This document shows, in pieces, positions 41,316-50,553 of a stretch of 64,000 nucleotides of DNA. The notes under the pieces are model-generated. The model was not told where the DNA came from. It was given only the letters and a program-made list of their open reading frames with translations, and ran no database searches. The DNA is from a virus. The stretch lies in the IMG/VR virus record IMGVR_UViG_3300046453_000063, positions 99,995-163,994 of that record; one strand, 5' to 3'. Every line of letters begins with the position of its first letter. Position 1 is the first letter of the stretch. A program made the translations under genes and the position numbers.

Positions 41316-41527
41316 GACTGCTGAACAGTCGAAGATATAACGACATATGAAAGGGAGGGTACTAAAATGCACAGCAATGTGAATGTTGTTAATGGATATC
41401 AAATTCATCATTGGACGCTTGGCGATGTATATTACATAACAGATAAAAAAGACAGCGGTGTGTGGCTCTGCGAGGATAAGGATAGAAGTATTGTAGAGGA
41501 ATATGCAAAAACATTGGAGGGTTAATT

Positions 41528-41734
41528 ATGGGGCTTAAAACAGTAGCAGAACTCATTAAAGAGGTAGAACACATGGAATACATGATTAGGGCAGGAAGAG
41601 AATCGGTCTACTTTGCAGTGCTTAATGATAATTTTGATAAGGCCAAAACGACAGCACTCCAGGTCAAAGAAAAAGAAAGGGAATTGAAAGTATTTATGGA
41701 TCAATTAGTGAGAACAAAGGAAGAAGACAAGTGA
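41528..41734 (+). CDS. Hypothetical protein
   Basis: GGAGG RBS. Confidence 0.55.
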   Translation: MGLKTVAELIKEVEHMEYMIRAGRESVYFAVLNDNFDKAKTTALQVKEKERELKVFMDQLVRTKEEDK

Positions 41735-41771
41735 TGAAAGGCATCTTTTATCAAAACATAAAAATAGGAGA

Positions 41772-41987
41772 GTGTTATTAATGGGAGCGCACAAAAATAT
41801 AACAGCAGAAATATTTCCGAAACAGGGTAGTATGTTAAATAAGAATGTAAAGGTTTGCTTTCATTACGATACAAGTAAACAGTTTGACGGAATGATTATT
41901 AGAGATGATGTAGAAGAGCCATTTTTAACAATCATTAAATTAGAAGACAATAGAATTGTTTTGGGCAGTGAATGCCAGTATTCATAA
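41772..41987 (+). CDS. Conserved phage hypothetical protein
   Basis: FPKQG...VCFHYDT...G.IIRDD.EEP...ECQYS; AGGAG RBS. Confidence 0.6.
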   Translation: MLLMGAHKNITAEIFPKQGSMLNKNVKVCFHYDTSKQFDGMIIRDDVEEPFLTIIKLEDNRIVLGSECQYS

Positions 41988-42072
41988 ATGTAGATTTAAT
42001 TCAATTTTGTAACCCATAATACAATATTGTATAGTAAAATAAAATACTATCCGATAAAAATGGAGGTATTTT

Positions 42073-42372
42073 ATGCAGCCATCATTAAAGCAATTGAAAG
42101 AGGTTCTCGGTTCCGTTACCGACTCCAAAGATTATGTGCTTATTTTGAATCTAAATGCAACATTTGAGCTTGTAGAAGGCGCAGGAGCAGGTGCTATTTC
42201 ACATCTTGATTATGTTACTAGATGGAACACATATGATAAAGGATATGGCTATGTGGGAAAAGAAGCCTCTAAGGACGATAAACATACTGATAGGATCATG
42301 AAATGGGCAAACGAAGCTTGGAAGACACATCAAGAAACCGGAAGAACAAGAATAACTAACCTTAGAGATTAA
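42073..42372 (+). CDS. Hypothetical protein
   Basis: GGAGG RBS; terminator at 42411-42439. Confidence 0.6.
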   Translation: MQPSLKQLKEVLGSVTDSKDYVLILNLNATFELVEGAGAGAISHLDYVTRWNTYDKGYGYVGKEASKDDKHTDRIMKWANEAWKTHQETGRTRITNLRD

Positions 42373-42410
42373 ATCTGCATAAAATACGAATTTTATCTAA
42401 AATTGTGATG

Positions 42411-42439
42411 AAAAAACCCTTGATTTATAAGGGTTTTTT
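42411..42439. terminator. Bidirectional intrinsic terminator
   Basis: AAAAAACCCTT-GATTTAT-AAGGGTTTTTT. Confidence 0.75.
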
Positions 42440-42685
42440 GTTTTGTCTTTTTATGAAAATTTTGATTTTTGGAATTTATCCTGTTTAAGAGTGAAAGTAT
42501 AAGGTTAATACAAAATAAGAGAGACATTAGTCACGTAATACATATTCCCAGCAGCAATGCAGTACTTTTCAATTTTCAGAGAATGTCAACACCAAAACAC
42601 ACTATTATCCTAATTTATGTAAGGAAATTTTGTGCAACAACATTTGTATTGACAAAAACAAAAACATTTGAATTTATTGACGTTT

Positions 42686-42699
42686 AGAACAAATGTTCG
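42686..42699. promoter_or_regulatory. LexA/DinR (Cheo) box upstream of the mazF-like gene
   Basis: AGAAC-AAAT-GTTCG matches the Firmicute GAAC-N4-GTTC consensus. Confidence 0.65.
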
Positions 42700-42817
42700 C
42701 TTGTGAAAATTACTATCACTAGGTATAATAAATATATAAATAGTTAATAATAAAAGTACATAGTGATAGAAAAAATAGAGTGAAGCAAGAATAATAATAA
42801 TCAGGAGTGTGGTACAT

Positions 42818-43213
42818 ATGAGCATGGTTATGGAACGCGTGGAAATGAATAAAAATATTAATGTTGCTACAACACAATATGAAGTTTGGTTGGCAGATCT
42901 ACAGGCAGACGGATCAGTACAGGGTGGTAGAAGACCAGTTGTTATTCTATCTAATAATCTTCAAAATAAATTCTCTCCAACAGTGATGGTAGCTCCAACA
43001 ACCGGAAGTAAAACAAAAAGACCTCTTCCGACACATGTAGATTTAATCGCTTCGGAAATTGGATTTGTAAAAGATAGTGTATTGCTTTGTGAACAAACAA
43101 CATCGATTAATAAACACCGACTCATTAAAAAATTAATTGATCTCCCATATGAATATCAAAGTAAAATTGCTGAAGCAATTAGAGTTGCATTTGCAGAAAT
43201 TAAAGTTTACTAA
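42818..43213 (+). CDS. mazF: PemK/MazF-family endoribonuclease, no adjacent MazE
   Basis: VWLADL...GSVQGGRRPVVILSN..QNKFSPTVMVAPTT...LPTHV...DSVLLCEQ. Confidence 0.88.
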   Translation: MSMVMERVEMNKNINVATTQYEVWLADLQADGSVQGGRRPVVILSNNLQNKFSPTVMVAPTTGSKTKRPLPTHVDLIASEIGFVKDSVLLCEQTTSINKHRLIKKLIDLPYEYQSKIAEAIRVAFAEIKVY

Positions 43214-43220
43214 TAAATAT

Positions 43221-43253
43221 AAAAAGAAGAGGTTTTTATACCTCTTCTTTTTT
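43221..43253. terminator. Bidirectional terminator between convergent mazF and xre genes
   Basis: AAAAAGAAGAGGT...ACCTCTTCTTTTT. Confidence 0.7.
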
Positions 43254-43466
43254 AGAGTCATCTTTGTGATATTTAAACAAATCAATAATATCAATATCTA
43301 ACTCATCGCATATTGAGACAATATTCTTTAGAGGAATTTGTTTGGCTGTATTATTGCACATCTCATTGATAGTTGAATGCCTTATGTTTGTACGTCTAGA
43401 AAGTTCTCTTTTTGTAATTCCTTTGCTGTCAAGTATGTATTGTAACCTTATCTCAACCCACGACAT
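43236..43466 (-). CDS. XRE/Cro-C1 HTH regulator
   Basis: GITKRELSRRTNIRHSTINEMCNN...ICDELDIDIIDLF. Confidence 0.88.
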   Translation of the reverse strand: MSWVEIRLQYILDSKGITKRELSRRTNIRHSTINEMCNNTAKQIPLKNIVSICDELDIDIIDLFKYHKDDSKKEEV

Positions 43467-43494
43467 GATGTATCCCCCTGAGAATAATTGAGTA

Positions 43495-43547
43495 TTGACT
43501 TATAAAAGGTAATCTAGTATATTAAGGGTGGAACGATAATCGTTCCA
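43495..43547 (+). promoter_or_regulatory. Sigma-A promoter with perfect 19-bp palindromic operator at +1
   Basis: TTGACT-17-TATATT followed by TGGAACGAT-A-ATCGTTCCA (43529-43547), divergent from the xre gene. Confidence 0.7.
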
Positions 43548-43663
43548 AAATTTAAACATAGAAAAATCTCCCCACGTATATGGAGAGACACTTGTTAAGC
43601 AATCATAACAGAGTTAGATGTTAAATCATAGGCAAAATATTACATCGAGGTGCAGTCAGAATT

Positions 43664-43867
43664 ATGCCTAAAACGGGAAGATATTGTTTACAACGTTTGG
43701 TTTATTTTGATCCAGAAAATAGGCTTGAAACCTGGAAGATAACAAATTTAAAAAGCGATAGCGTCCATGCTTTTAGTAATTTTAATACCGAACTATACAG
43801 AATATTTGATACATTAGAAAACAAAGTTATTCCATTTATAGAAATTAAAAACAACATAGAATCTTAG
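43664..43867 (+). CDS. Hypothetical protein
   Basis: GAGGTG RBS. Confidence 0.5.
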   Translation: MPKTGRYCLQRLVYFDPENRLETWKITNLKSDSVHAFSNFNTELYRIFDTLENKVIPFIEIKNNIES

Positions 43868-43939
43868 CTATATTTTTTTATAAAGAGTAAATATGTGATG
43901 TTAAATAAATATATACCATATAAGAAGGGTGGGATATAA

Positions 43940-44242
43940 ATGAATATTACATACAAGCATCTTCCCAAACATAAAAAGTTTTTAGTTCAAATGAATGGTG
44001 GAGCGAATAGATATTGTTATGAAGTAAGATATGAAATTGAAGTTGATCAAGGGGAAAGAATTGTTGAGGGAATCAATATTCTTAAAAAGGAAATGTTGAA
44101 CAGCGAAGATCTGACTAAAGAAACTTTAGCAATATTTAATACAAATTTTAAACAAGACTATTATAGGATATTTAGACTATTGTCGGTTGAACTAATTAAT
44201 GCTTACTATATCAAACCAGACTTATTGAAAGGATATAAGTAG
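43940..44242 (+). CDS. Hypothetical protein
   Basis: AAGGGTGGG RBS. Confidence 0.55.
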   Translation: MNITYKHLPKHKKFLVQMNGGANRYCYEVRYEIEVDQGERIVEGINILKKEMLNSEDLTKETLAIFNTNFKQDYYRIFRLLSVELINAYYIKPDLLKGYK

Positions 44243-44506
44243 ATGGACGACCAAGTTGAATTGATTGTCAAATTGGTACAGGTGGATCATGGGAACGATT
44301 TTTATGATAGATACTTGAGACCAAAAGACGTTAGTACTTACACCTTTGAAACCAATAGAGAGCGGTATGTGTGGCAGATCAACAATCCAACTAAGGCAGA
44401 CTTAATTGAGGGAACTTACTATAAAATACATGCAATCAAAGGGAAAAAGTTGTTTGGAGGAAGAGGGATTGCACTAATTGATGTAGTGATAACATCCTAT
44501 ATCTAA
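44243..44506 (+). CDS. Hypothetical protein
   Basis: Abuts the previous ORF. Confidence 0.55.
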   Translation: MDDQVELIVKLVQVDHGNDFYDRYLRPKDVSTYTFETNRERYVWQINNPTKADLIEGTYYKIHAIKGKKLFGGRGIALIDVVITSYI

Positions 44507-44669
44507 CCAATGGTAAAACTAAATAGTGTACCATAAAAAGTTCTATACATATGCAAATAAATGACTTTAAAGTTGTTTATTTGTGTAGAATAGGACTTTT
44601 TATTGTTATTTATTAAAATAGTATTGCAATTTTTAATCACAATGGTAAATTAGGTTTGGGGGTGTTTAA

Positions 44670-45164
44670 TTGGGTTATAATAATGAAGATAAGAATAATA
44701 CTCTAAGTATTATGACATACACTCTAAACAGTGGAATAAAATCAACAATGCCTTTATCGGCCATACAGATTGAAGAATGGAAAGAATGTTATCAAAACAA
44801 TAAAAAGTTTATAGTAAATGTTGGAACAGAAACATTTGGCTTGAATCCGTCTTTAGTGGCGGATTGGAGAGTACATAATAAATATTCAGAACACAGAAAA
44901 CAAATCGAATGTATTGTTAAAGATGTAATTCCTAATGAATTAAAGAATGCCTATGAAAGAGCAGAAGTATTAATAAAGGTTGATTGTAAATGTGGAACAA
45001 CTTACGTTGCAGAGTCAACTAAAAGAAAAATGTGGTTATGTAGTAAGTGCAAAGAAGAAGTATATATTATTGGCGATACTCTACATAATACAAATAAAGG
45101 AAAGGCATTTCTAATGTCGAATAAATTAGAGATGTTAAAAATCAAAATTGAGAAAGGAAACTAA
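44670..45164 (+). CDS. Hypothetical zinc-ribbon protein
   Basis: CKCG...CSKC; own promoter TTGCAA...TAAATT. Confidence 0.6.
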   Translation: MGYNNEDKNNTLSIMTYTLNSGIKSTMPLSAIQIEEWKECYQNNKKFIVNVGTETFGLNPSLVADWRVHNKYSEHRKQIECIVKDVIPNELKNAYERAEVLIKVDCKCGTTYVAESTKRKMWLCSKCKEEVYIIGDTLHNTNKGKAFLMSNKLEMLKIKIEKGN

Positions 45165-45166
45165 AC

Positions 45167-45940
45167 TTGATTGATAAAAAGTTAGAGGAAAGATTAAGGG
45201 AATTAGAAAGAAACCACGGTTATCTAAATGTTGAATTATATGATAAACATAAAGGAAAAGATTACCCGTCTAGCGAATCCATAAAGAAAATATACAAGCT
45301 ATCTTTGGTTGAAATATTAAAGAGTCTAAAAATTAAGAACAAAGAAGATTACACTATAGATAAGAATAGACCTATCTCTATAAGTAACATGAAGTTATTG
45401 CACCTAGAACATGGAGAGATATCAAAAACATTGTACGATAAAGCAAAATTATTGCCCAGTAGTGAATATATTACTAAAAAATATGGGTGGGATGAATTAG
45501 CAAAAGAGGCAAATGTTAAATTGGCTAATTCTCAATACATCTCAAGTGATGATGTACTAAAAGAATTGAAATTAGTAATAAAATCTATTGGATATATACC
45601 TACAAGCAAAGAATACGAATCATTAAGATTAAAACCTTCGCAAGAAATATTACGAAAACATGGACATACCTTTGTAGAAGCAATGCGAAAATGTGGTTAT
45701 CGAACATATAATAAACCAGTAAAAGTTAAAGATAAAGTTTGCATAGGTAAAGACTGCTTTAGACAGTTTACACCTTTAGAAGATGAAATATATTGTGATC
45801 AATGTTATAAAGACTTGAGATCAAGGCTTATTAAGGAAATTGGGAACATGAGTCAGCAGCGATTAAAAGATGTTTGTCAGAAGTTAATATATGCAGGAAA
45901 CAAACAAAAGACAATATTAGACATATTTAACAATATGTAA
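45167..45940 (+). CDS. Protein with homing-endonuclease-associated DNA-binding repeats and a zinc finger
   Basis: Three Y....PS...I...(Y/H)G-type repeats; C-terminal C....C...CxxC. Confidence 0.55.
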   Translation: MIDKKLEERLRELERNHGYLNVELYDKHKGKDYPSSESIKKIYKLSLVEILKSLKIKNKEDYTIDKNRPISISNMKLLHLEHGEISKTLYDKAKLLPSSEYITKKYGWDELAKEANVKLANSQYISSDDVLKELKLVIKSIGYIPTSKEYESLRLKPSQEILRKHGHTFVEAMRKCGYRTYNKPVKVKDKVCIGKDCFRQFTPLEDEIYCDQCYKDLRSRLIKEIGNMSQQRLKDVCQKLIYAGNKQKTILDIFNNM

Positions 45941-46015
45941 ATTAAACGAAATAATTAATGAGAATTTATTATATTTATATTTTATGATATAATTTAAATA
46001 AGGAGATGAACTCAA

Positions 46016-47347
46016 TTGAAAAAAGACAGAGATCAGCTTGAAACATTAATTGCGGACACAATTGCAGAAGTTAAAGTTGATCGGAAAAAAGTGTTGAAAG
46101 TTAATAATTTCCTCTCTGAATCAGGAGTATCATTAGGAACATTTGATGAGATATCAAAGGGAGATAAACAATTATCAACACTTGAATCATCAATGTTATG
46201 TGTTTTATCCGACGCTCTGTATGAATTAACTGGCAATGGTAATCTTAAACCTGACCAATGGTTTACCACTAAAGAAATAAACTATGCAAAAAAAGAATTA
46301 ATGAACAATACAGAAACCAATAGAATAATGTTACCCATAGCATTAGAAAATGTTGAAATGGTAAATATTGATAACTATATTACAAAAATTAAAATGTCTG
46401 ATTTAGTTCAGTGGTTTCACTCCCAACTTATTATTTATGACTTTGATACTCAAAGAAGCGCAAAATTTAAAACTGGTAAGAATGGGGTTGTACCAGTTCC
46501 AGACATCAATCTAAAAAGTGTTAAAGACATTGCAGAAAACATGCTAAACGGTACATACCTGGAAGATATGATTACGCTAAACATCTACTCTGATGAAGCT
46601 GAAGCGGTTGATTACAACTCTAAGTCACGACTATTGACAATCAACGAGCAGGCAGCCATATCAATACTTGATGGCTTTCACCGTCTTCAGGGCGGTGTGA
46701 GAGCTTGCGCTATCAATCCAGAATTAGAGCAGATGATGATACTATCAATACGGTCTTACGATACAGATACGGCAAAGAAATACTTTGGACAAATCAATAC
46801 AATCAATGTTGTTAAAAAGGAACGGCTTAAAGAATTGAAATCACAAGAGTTCTCTGATCTGGTCGTTAAAGATCTTCAGCAAAAAACAGACCTTAAAGGC
46901 AAAATTGCTTCTGCATCAAGAATCAGTGAATTGGCTGGACAATTGACCACCTTTGACATCCTATCCTATGCTATTGATAATGTCTATAAACCCAAAAGCA
47001 GACTCGATGCAATGGAAATGTCTGAAACACTCACTAAGTTTTTTAATTATCTAGCAGGAAGTTATGTTGATGAGTTTATTACAAATCCTAACAAATATAG
47101 GGATGAGAACATTAATCATTCTCTTATGTTCGTGGGATATGTTGTAATTGCTAAACACTTTGAAGACAACCAAATTCCGTATAAAGAAATAAAGAGTTTC
47201 ATCGAAAGCAAAATAAATTTTCAAGATAAGAAGTTAATCGAGCTTTTGAATAATAAGCGTGGAATCAATAACACAAAAGTAAGAAACGATGTAATTAAAT
47301 ACTTTGAGCGGCTGATAGGAATAGGAGTGGATCAAGATGTCCAATAA
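46016..47347 (+). CDS. YopQ/SroE-like DndB/ParB-superfamily (DGQHR-type) protein
   Basis: QR motif (DTQR), ILDGFHR, FGQINT; directly upstream of the yopR-like gene as in SPbeta. Confidence 0.78.
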   Translation: MKKDRDQLETLIADTIAEVKVDRKKVLKVNNFLSESGVSLGTFDEISKGDKQLSTLESSMLCVLSDALYELTGNGNLKPDQWFTTKEINYAKKELMNNTETNRIMLPIALENVEMVNIDNYITKIKMSDLVQWFHSQLIIYDFDTQRSAKFKTGKNGVVPVPDINLKSVKDIAENMLNGTYLEDMITLNIYSDEAEAVDYNSKSRLLTINEQAAISILDGFHRLQGGVRACAINPELEQMMILSIRSYDTDTAKKYFGQINTINVVKKERLKELKSQEFSDLVVKDLQQKTDLKGKIASASRISELAGQLTTFDILSYAIDNVYKPKSRLDAMEMSETLTKFFNYLAGSYVDEFITNPNKYRDENINHSLMFVGYVVIAKHFEDNQIPYKEIKSFIESKINFQDKKLIELLNNKRGINNTKVRNDVIKYFERLIGIGVDQDVQ

Positions 47348-48332
47348 AATATATGAAGATGGATTTTTTAATGAATCTCACAAAGAAATGTATCTTAAAG
47401 ATCTAAGTGAAAAAACTTACACGTCCTATGCCAGAGTTTTAAAAAGAGCACGATATGTAGAAGAACAATTAGGTAAAGACCTATATAACTTTAATGTGTC
47501 TGAGATAGAACAACTACTTAAATTTATGGCTCCTGGGTCTTATTCGGTAAGCAGCGGCAACATCAATGTAATTAGATATTATATTCGATGGGCGATACAA
47601 CAAGACTTAAGAGTTGATAATATTAATCCATTAGATTCAGTAATTAGCGATGAGTTTATAAACAAGTTTATTGACACAACAAACAAGAAATTGTTTACCG
47701 AAGAAGAAATAAACAATATTATTGGTGGATTACAAAGTTTTCAAGATGCTGCAATTATACAATGTTTATTTGAAGGGATAATGGGGCATGAGTATTCGGA
47801 AATTTTAAACATACTTAAAGATGATATAGATAGAGACAGCACTAAATTAGAGGTGAGAAATTCTCCATCATCTGGACCAATGGAGAGAAGAGTGGCAGAA
47901 GTGAGTCCAAAACTAATGAATTTATTATATAGCGCAGCAAATGAGAAAGAGTACCTGAAGTTTAATGGGATGAGCAATTCCAAAGCTCAGAGAATTGAAT
48001 TAATCGAAAATGAGTATGTATTTAGATCGGTTAAGCTCAGAGTTGTTAATTATGAAAGAGCCAGTAATCATTTGGTTCTAAGAAGAATAAAGAGCATTAG
48101 GGAATGGTATGGATACCCACATCTAACAGCAACGGGTATAAAAAACTCTGGTATGCTTAAGATGGCTAGAGATCTTTATGTGGTAAATAAGACTTTAACC
48201 CGAGATGATATAGTTAAGATTTGTAGGCGTTTTGGGGCCAATGAAATTGCTACAACAAGACTAACGAAAGACTTTTTAAATGTAGATACAATCAGGTCGC
48301 TTTATCCAGAAATAGATGAAGAACAAGCCTAA
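47337..48332 (+). CDS. YopR/MrpR/SroF-like master repressor (catalytically degenerate tyrosine-recombinase fold)
   Basis: EEQLGKDLYNFN..EI, YIRWA, LFEGIMG..YSEI (no catalytic Arg), IKNSGM (no HxxR). Confidence 0.82.
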   Translation: MSNKIYEDGFFNESHKEMYLKDLSEKTYTSYARVLKRARYVEEQLGKDLYNFNVSEIEQLLKFMAPGSYSVSSGNINVIRYYIRWAIQQDLRVDNINPLDSVISDEFINKFIDTTNKKLFTEEEINNIIGGLQSFQDAAIIQCLFEGIMGHEYSEILNILKDDIDRDSTKLEVRNSPSSGPMERRVAEVSPKLMNLLYSAANEKEYLKFNGMSNSKAQRIELIENEYVFRSVKLRVVNYERASNHLVLRRIKSIREWYGYPHLTATGIKNSGMLKMARDLYVVNKTLTRDDIVKICRRFGANEIATTRLTKDFLNVDTIRSLYPEIDEEQA

Positions 48333-48352
48333 AAACTTGTTCTTCTTTTTTT
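48321..48352 (+). terminator. Intrinsic terminator after repressor gene
   Basis: GAACAAG...CTTGTTC followed by a T-tract. Confidence 0.6.
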
Positions 48353-48364
48353 GTTTAAAAGTGT

Positions 48365-48427
48365 TGACTTTGGATTTTACGCATGATATATTGAGTACAT
48401 AAGAAATACATATATTTATTAATTAAA
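48365..48427 (+). promoter_or_regulatory. Promoter of the agr-like operon with a reverse copy of the phage operator motif
   Basis: TTGACT(48364-48369)...TGATATATT; CATATATTTATTAATTAAA at about 48409-48427. Confidence 0.6.
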
Positions 48428-48456
48428 ACAACATCATAAAAGGAGACAAGAGGAAG

Positions 48457-49113
48457 ATGTTAGATGCGATAATTTATGTGGGGTTTTCAGCATTTGAAAC
48501 ATTTTGCGTTTTATACATTATTTTAGCCATTGCTAGATTGCAAATAAAGGATTATTTAAAAGAAATGATTTTTGGAATTATTGTGATTTCTGTGAGTTCA
48601 TATCTGTTCAAAGAAGTAGGGGTTCTAAATAATATTACTCCTATGTTAAATCTAATATTAATTTTATTAATCCTTGTCTTTGTATTTAAAATATCCTTAA
48701 AGCACTCCATGATTGTCGTAGTTATTGGATACATAATAGCACTAATCATTCAAGGAATTATTCTTTATACTCCAATTGTATTGTCTAGTGTTACTTTTAA
48801 AGAAATTAAAGGTAACGACATTACCAGATATACATTTCAAACTATCTCAGCAATAACAATTTTCTTAATTGGTTTACAGCTAAAGAGAAAAAACATCGGA
48901 TTTGTATTCGTACCATATGCGCCTTCTCTAAAATTCAAATTAACAAAGAACAACTTAAATATCCTCTACCTTTTAGGAGCAACTTTAATTATAACCGGAT
49001 CAATTCTTGAAATCGGAAAAATGTATATAGGAATATTCTTATTGATAGTATTATTCAACTTTGCCTTGTTTATGGGGCTAAGAAGAGAAAGAGGAGATAT
49101 AAAGTTTGATTGA
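48457..49113 (+). CDS. Multi-pass membrane protein resembling an AgrC sensor domain with no kinase domain
   Basis: About 7 hydrophobic helices, 218 aa, no HisKA/HATPase; overlaps agrB start. Confidence 0.65.
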   Translation: MLDAIIYVGFSAFETFCVLYIILAIARLQIKDYLKEMIFGIIVISVSSYLFKEVGVLNNITPMLNLILILLILVFVFKISLKHSMIVVVIGYIIALIIQGIILYTPIVLSSVTFKEIKGNDITRYTFQTISAITIFLIGLQLKRKNIGFVFVPYAPSLKFKLTKNNLNILYLLGATLIITGSILEIGKMYIGIFLLIVLFNFALFMGLRRERGDIKFD

Positions 49114-49633
49114 TAAATTTTCTTTAAAAGCCGCCAAGAGTCTTGCCACATATGACAGAATGCCAGAAATTGATGTAATGAAGTATTCAATTAAGATTAT
49201 TTTTACAAATGGATTTACGCTCTTGCTTATGGTTGCTTGTGGATTAACTTTTGGAAACCTGGAGGATGTTTTCGCAGCAGCCATATCATTTTCTTTGTTA
49301 AGAAGTTTTTCTGGAGGATATCATATAAAAAGCTCAGAAATGTGCATCATTATATCTACCTTAATTATTGTGTTGATATCAAACTATGCCTATACAATGT
49401 CTGAGTATAATACATTATTGTTTGTTATTACATTATTGTTGGTGTTATTGTTTTCTCCCGCAAAAATAAAGCATCATTCAATTTTAAAAGAAAAATATTA
49501 TATCATATTTAAAATACTATCTGTCATTATTGTTATTGTGGCTTATCTTACAAAAAATGATGTAATACAAACCTCAACTTTCGTGCAGAGTCTGACTCTA
49601 ATCCACTTGAGAGGAGGTGAGATGGATGAATAA
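49106..49633 (+). CDS. agrB: AgrB-family peptide-processing membrane protease
   Basis: LLRSFSGGYHIKSSEMC with conserved Arg, His, Cys; later FSPA motif; multiple TMs. Confidence 0.92.
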   Translation: MIDKFSLKAAKSLATYDRMPEIDVMKYSIKIIFTNGFTLLLMVACGLTFGNLEDVFAAAISFSLLRSFSGGYHIKSSEMCIIISTLIIVLISNYAYTMSEYNTLLFVITLLLVLLFSPAKIKHHSILKEKYYIIFKILSVIIVIVAYLTKNDVIQTSTFVQSLTLIHLRGGEMDE

Positions 49634-49760
49634 AATCATGAATAAAGTTGCTCCAATTATGGGAGTTATGCTATCAACCGTAGCAGTTCTGACCACTGCT
49701 AGTACAGCTAGTATCTTGTGGTTGGGCTATGAGCCAGCACCAAAAAGCTTGAGAAAGTAA
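49626..49760 (+). CDS. agrD: AgrD-like cyclic lactone autoinducing peptide precursor (44 aa, not in track)
   Basis: GGAGGTGA RBS; MNKIMNKVAPIMGVMLSTVAVLTTASTA-SILWL-GYEPAPKSLRK has an amphipathic leader, Ser core and P-K-S-L tail. Confidence 0.85.
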   Translation: MNKIMNKVAPIMGVMLSTVAVLTTASTASILWLGYEPAPKSLRK

Positions 49761-49833
49761 ATTTTAGGGCAAATCGTCTCCTCTCACAGAAAACAGTGAG
49801 AGGATGAATTGCCCACAAATGGAGGCTATTATT

Positions 49834-50223
49834 TTGGGCGATAGAATAATGGTTGTCAAAGTAGAGTTTGAACCAAAAAAGAAAGAATACATACAAGGTG
49901 ATGCTCAATGGTTAGAGGTAAAAAAAATACTTAATACAAGAGTAGAAAGAATAAAAGGCCGAGATAGAATTATAATTGATTCAAAGGATGGTTTGTTTTT
50001 CTATAATATAATGGCTGATAACTTTACTTTATTAATGTCTGAACTAAGTGGATTCGAAATAGCAGATAGGGGAGTAATCGTAAATTTAGATAATGAACTT
50101 TCGCTCGACCTTGATAAGAGAGTCATTGTATTTGAAGATTACCCTAACACTGTAGCTCCAGTTGGAGGAACTAGGCTTCCCGACATAAAGAAACTAATAA
50201 AAAAATGGGTACTAAAAAAGTAG
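49834..50223 (+). CDS. Stand-alone LytTR DNA-binding domain protein (no receiver domain)
   Basis: GFEIADRGVIVNL...VF...APVG motif; GGAGG RBS 8 nt before TTG 49834. Confidence 0.72.
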   Translation: MGDRIMVVKVEFEPKKKEYIQGDAQWLEVKKILNTRVERIKGRDRIIIDSKDGLFFYNIMADNFTLLMSELSGFEIADRGVIVNLDNELSLDLDKRVIVFEDYPNTVAPVGGTRLPDIKKLIKKWVLKK

Positions 50224-50270
50224 TACTCATTAAACAATAAATATAATTAAAATAAAATTATATGCAATCA

Positions 50271-50321
50271 TTGCAATAAGCGGTCAATGAATGTATAATC
50301 TATAAATAAGAACAGACGTTC
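50271..50321 (+). promoter_or_regulatory. Sigma-A promoter with LexA box just downstream of +1
   Basis: TTGCAA-17-TATAAT (50271-50299); GAAC-AGAC-GTTC at 50310-50321. Confidence 0.72.
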
Positions 50322-50553
50322 CTATTTTCAACATCCGACACGAACCGACAAATTATAACCTCCGAAGAAAAATATGGGAATTGTCAACACTAAAGTTGTT
50401 GCACAATTATCGTATTGAAATAGTATCACATTAGATATATGATATATTTACCACTTATGAGTGAGGGAGCCGATGTCTATTTTTCAACAAAGAAATGGTA
50501 GTAGCAGAATGAAGAGTACTGGGGAGTATTTCAAAAAAAGAGGGGATACGCAC

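Noticed and set aside
43664-45940. Arbitrium aimR/aimP at the position expected upstream of yopQ
   Set aside because: No approximately 380-aa HTH-TPR protein or adjacent signal-peptide ORF is present here.
47337-48332. Prophage integrase
   Set aside because: Catalytic Arg and HxxR are missing; it matches a repressor-type (YopR/MrpR) degenerate fold.
48457-49113. Frameshifted agrC pseudogene
   Set aside because: The ORF ends by overlapping the agrB start and contains the agrB RBS, leaving no room for a kinase remnant; it looks like a native short protein.
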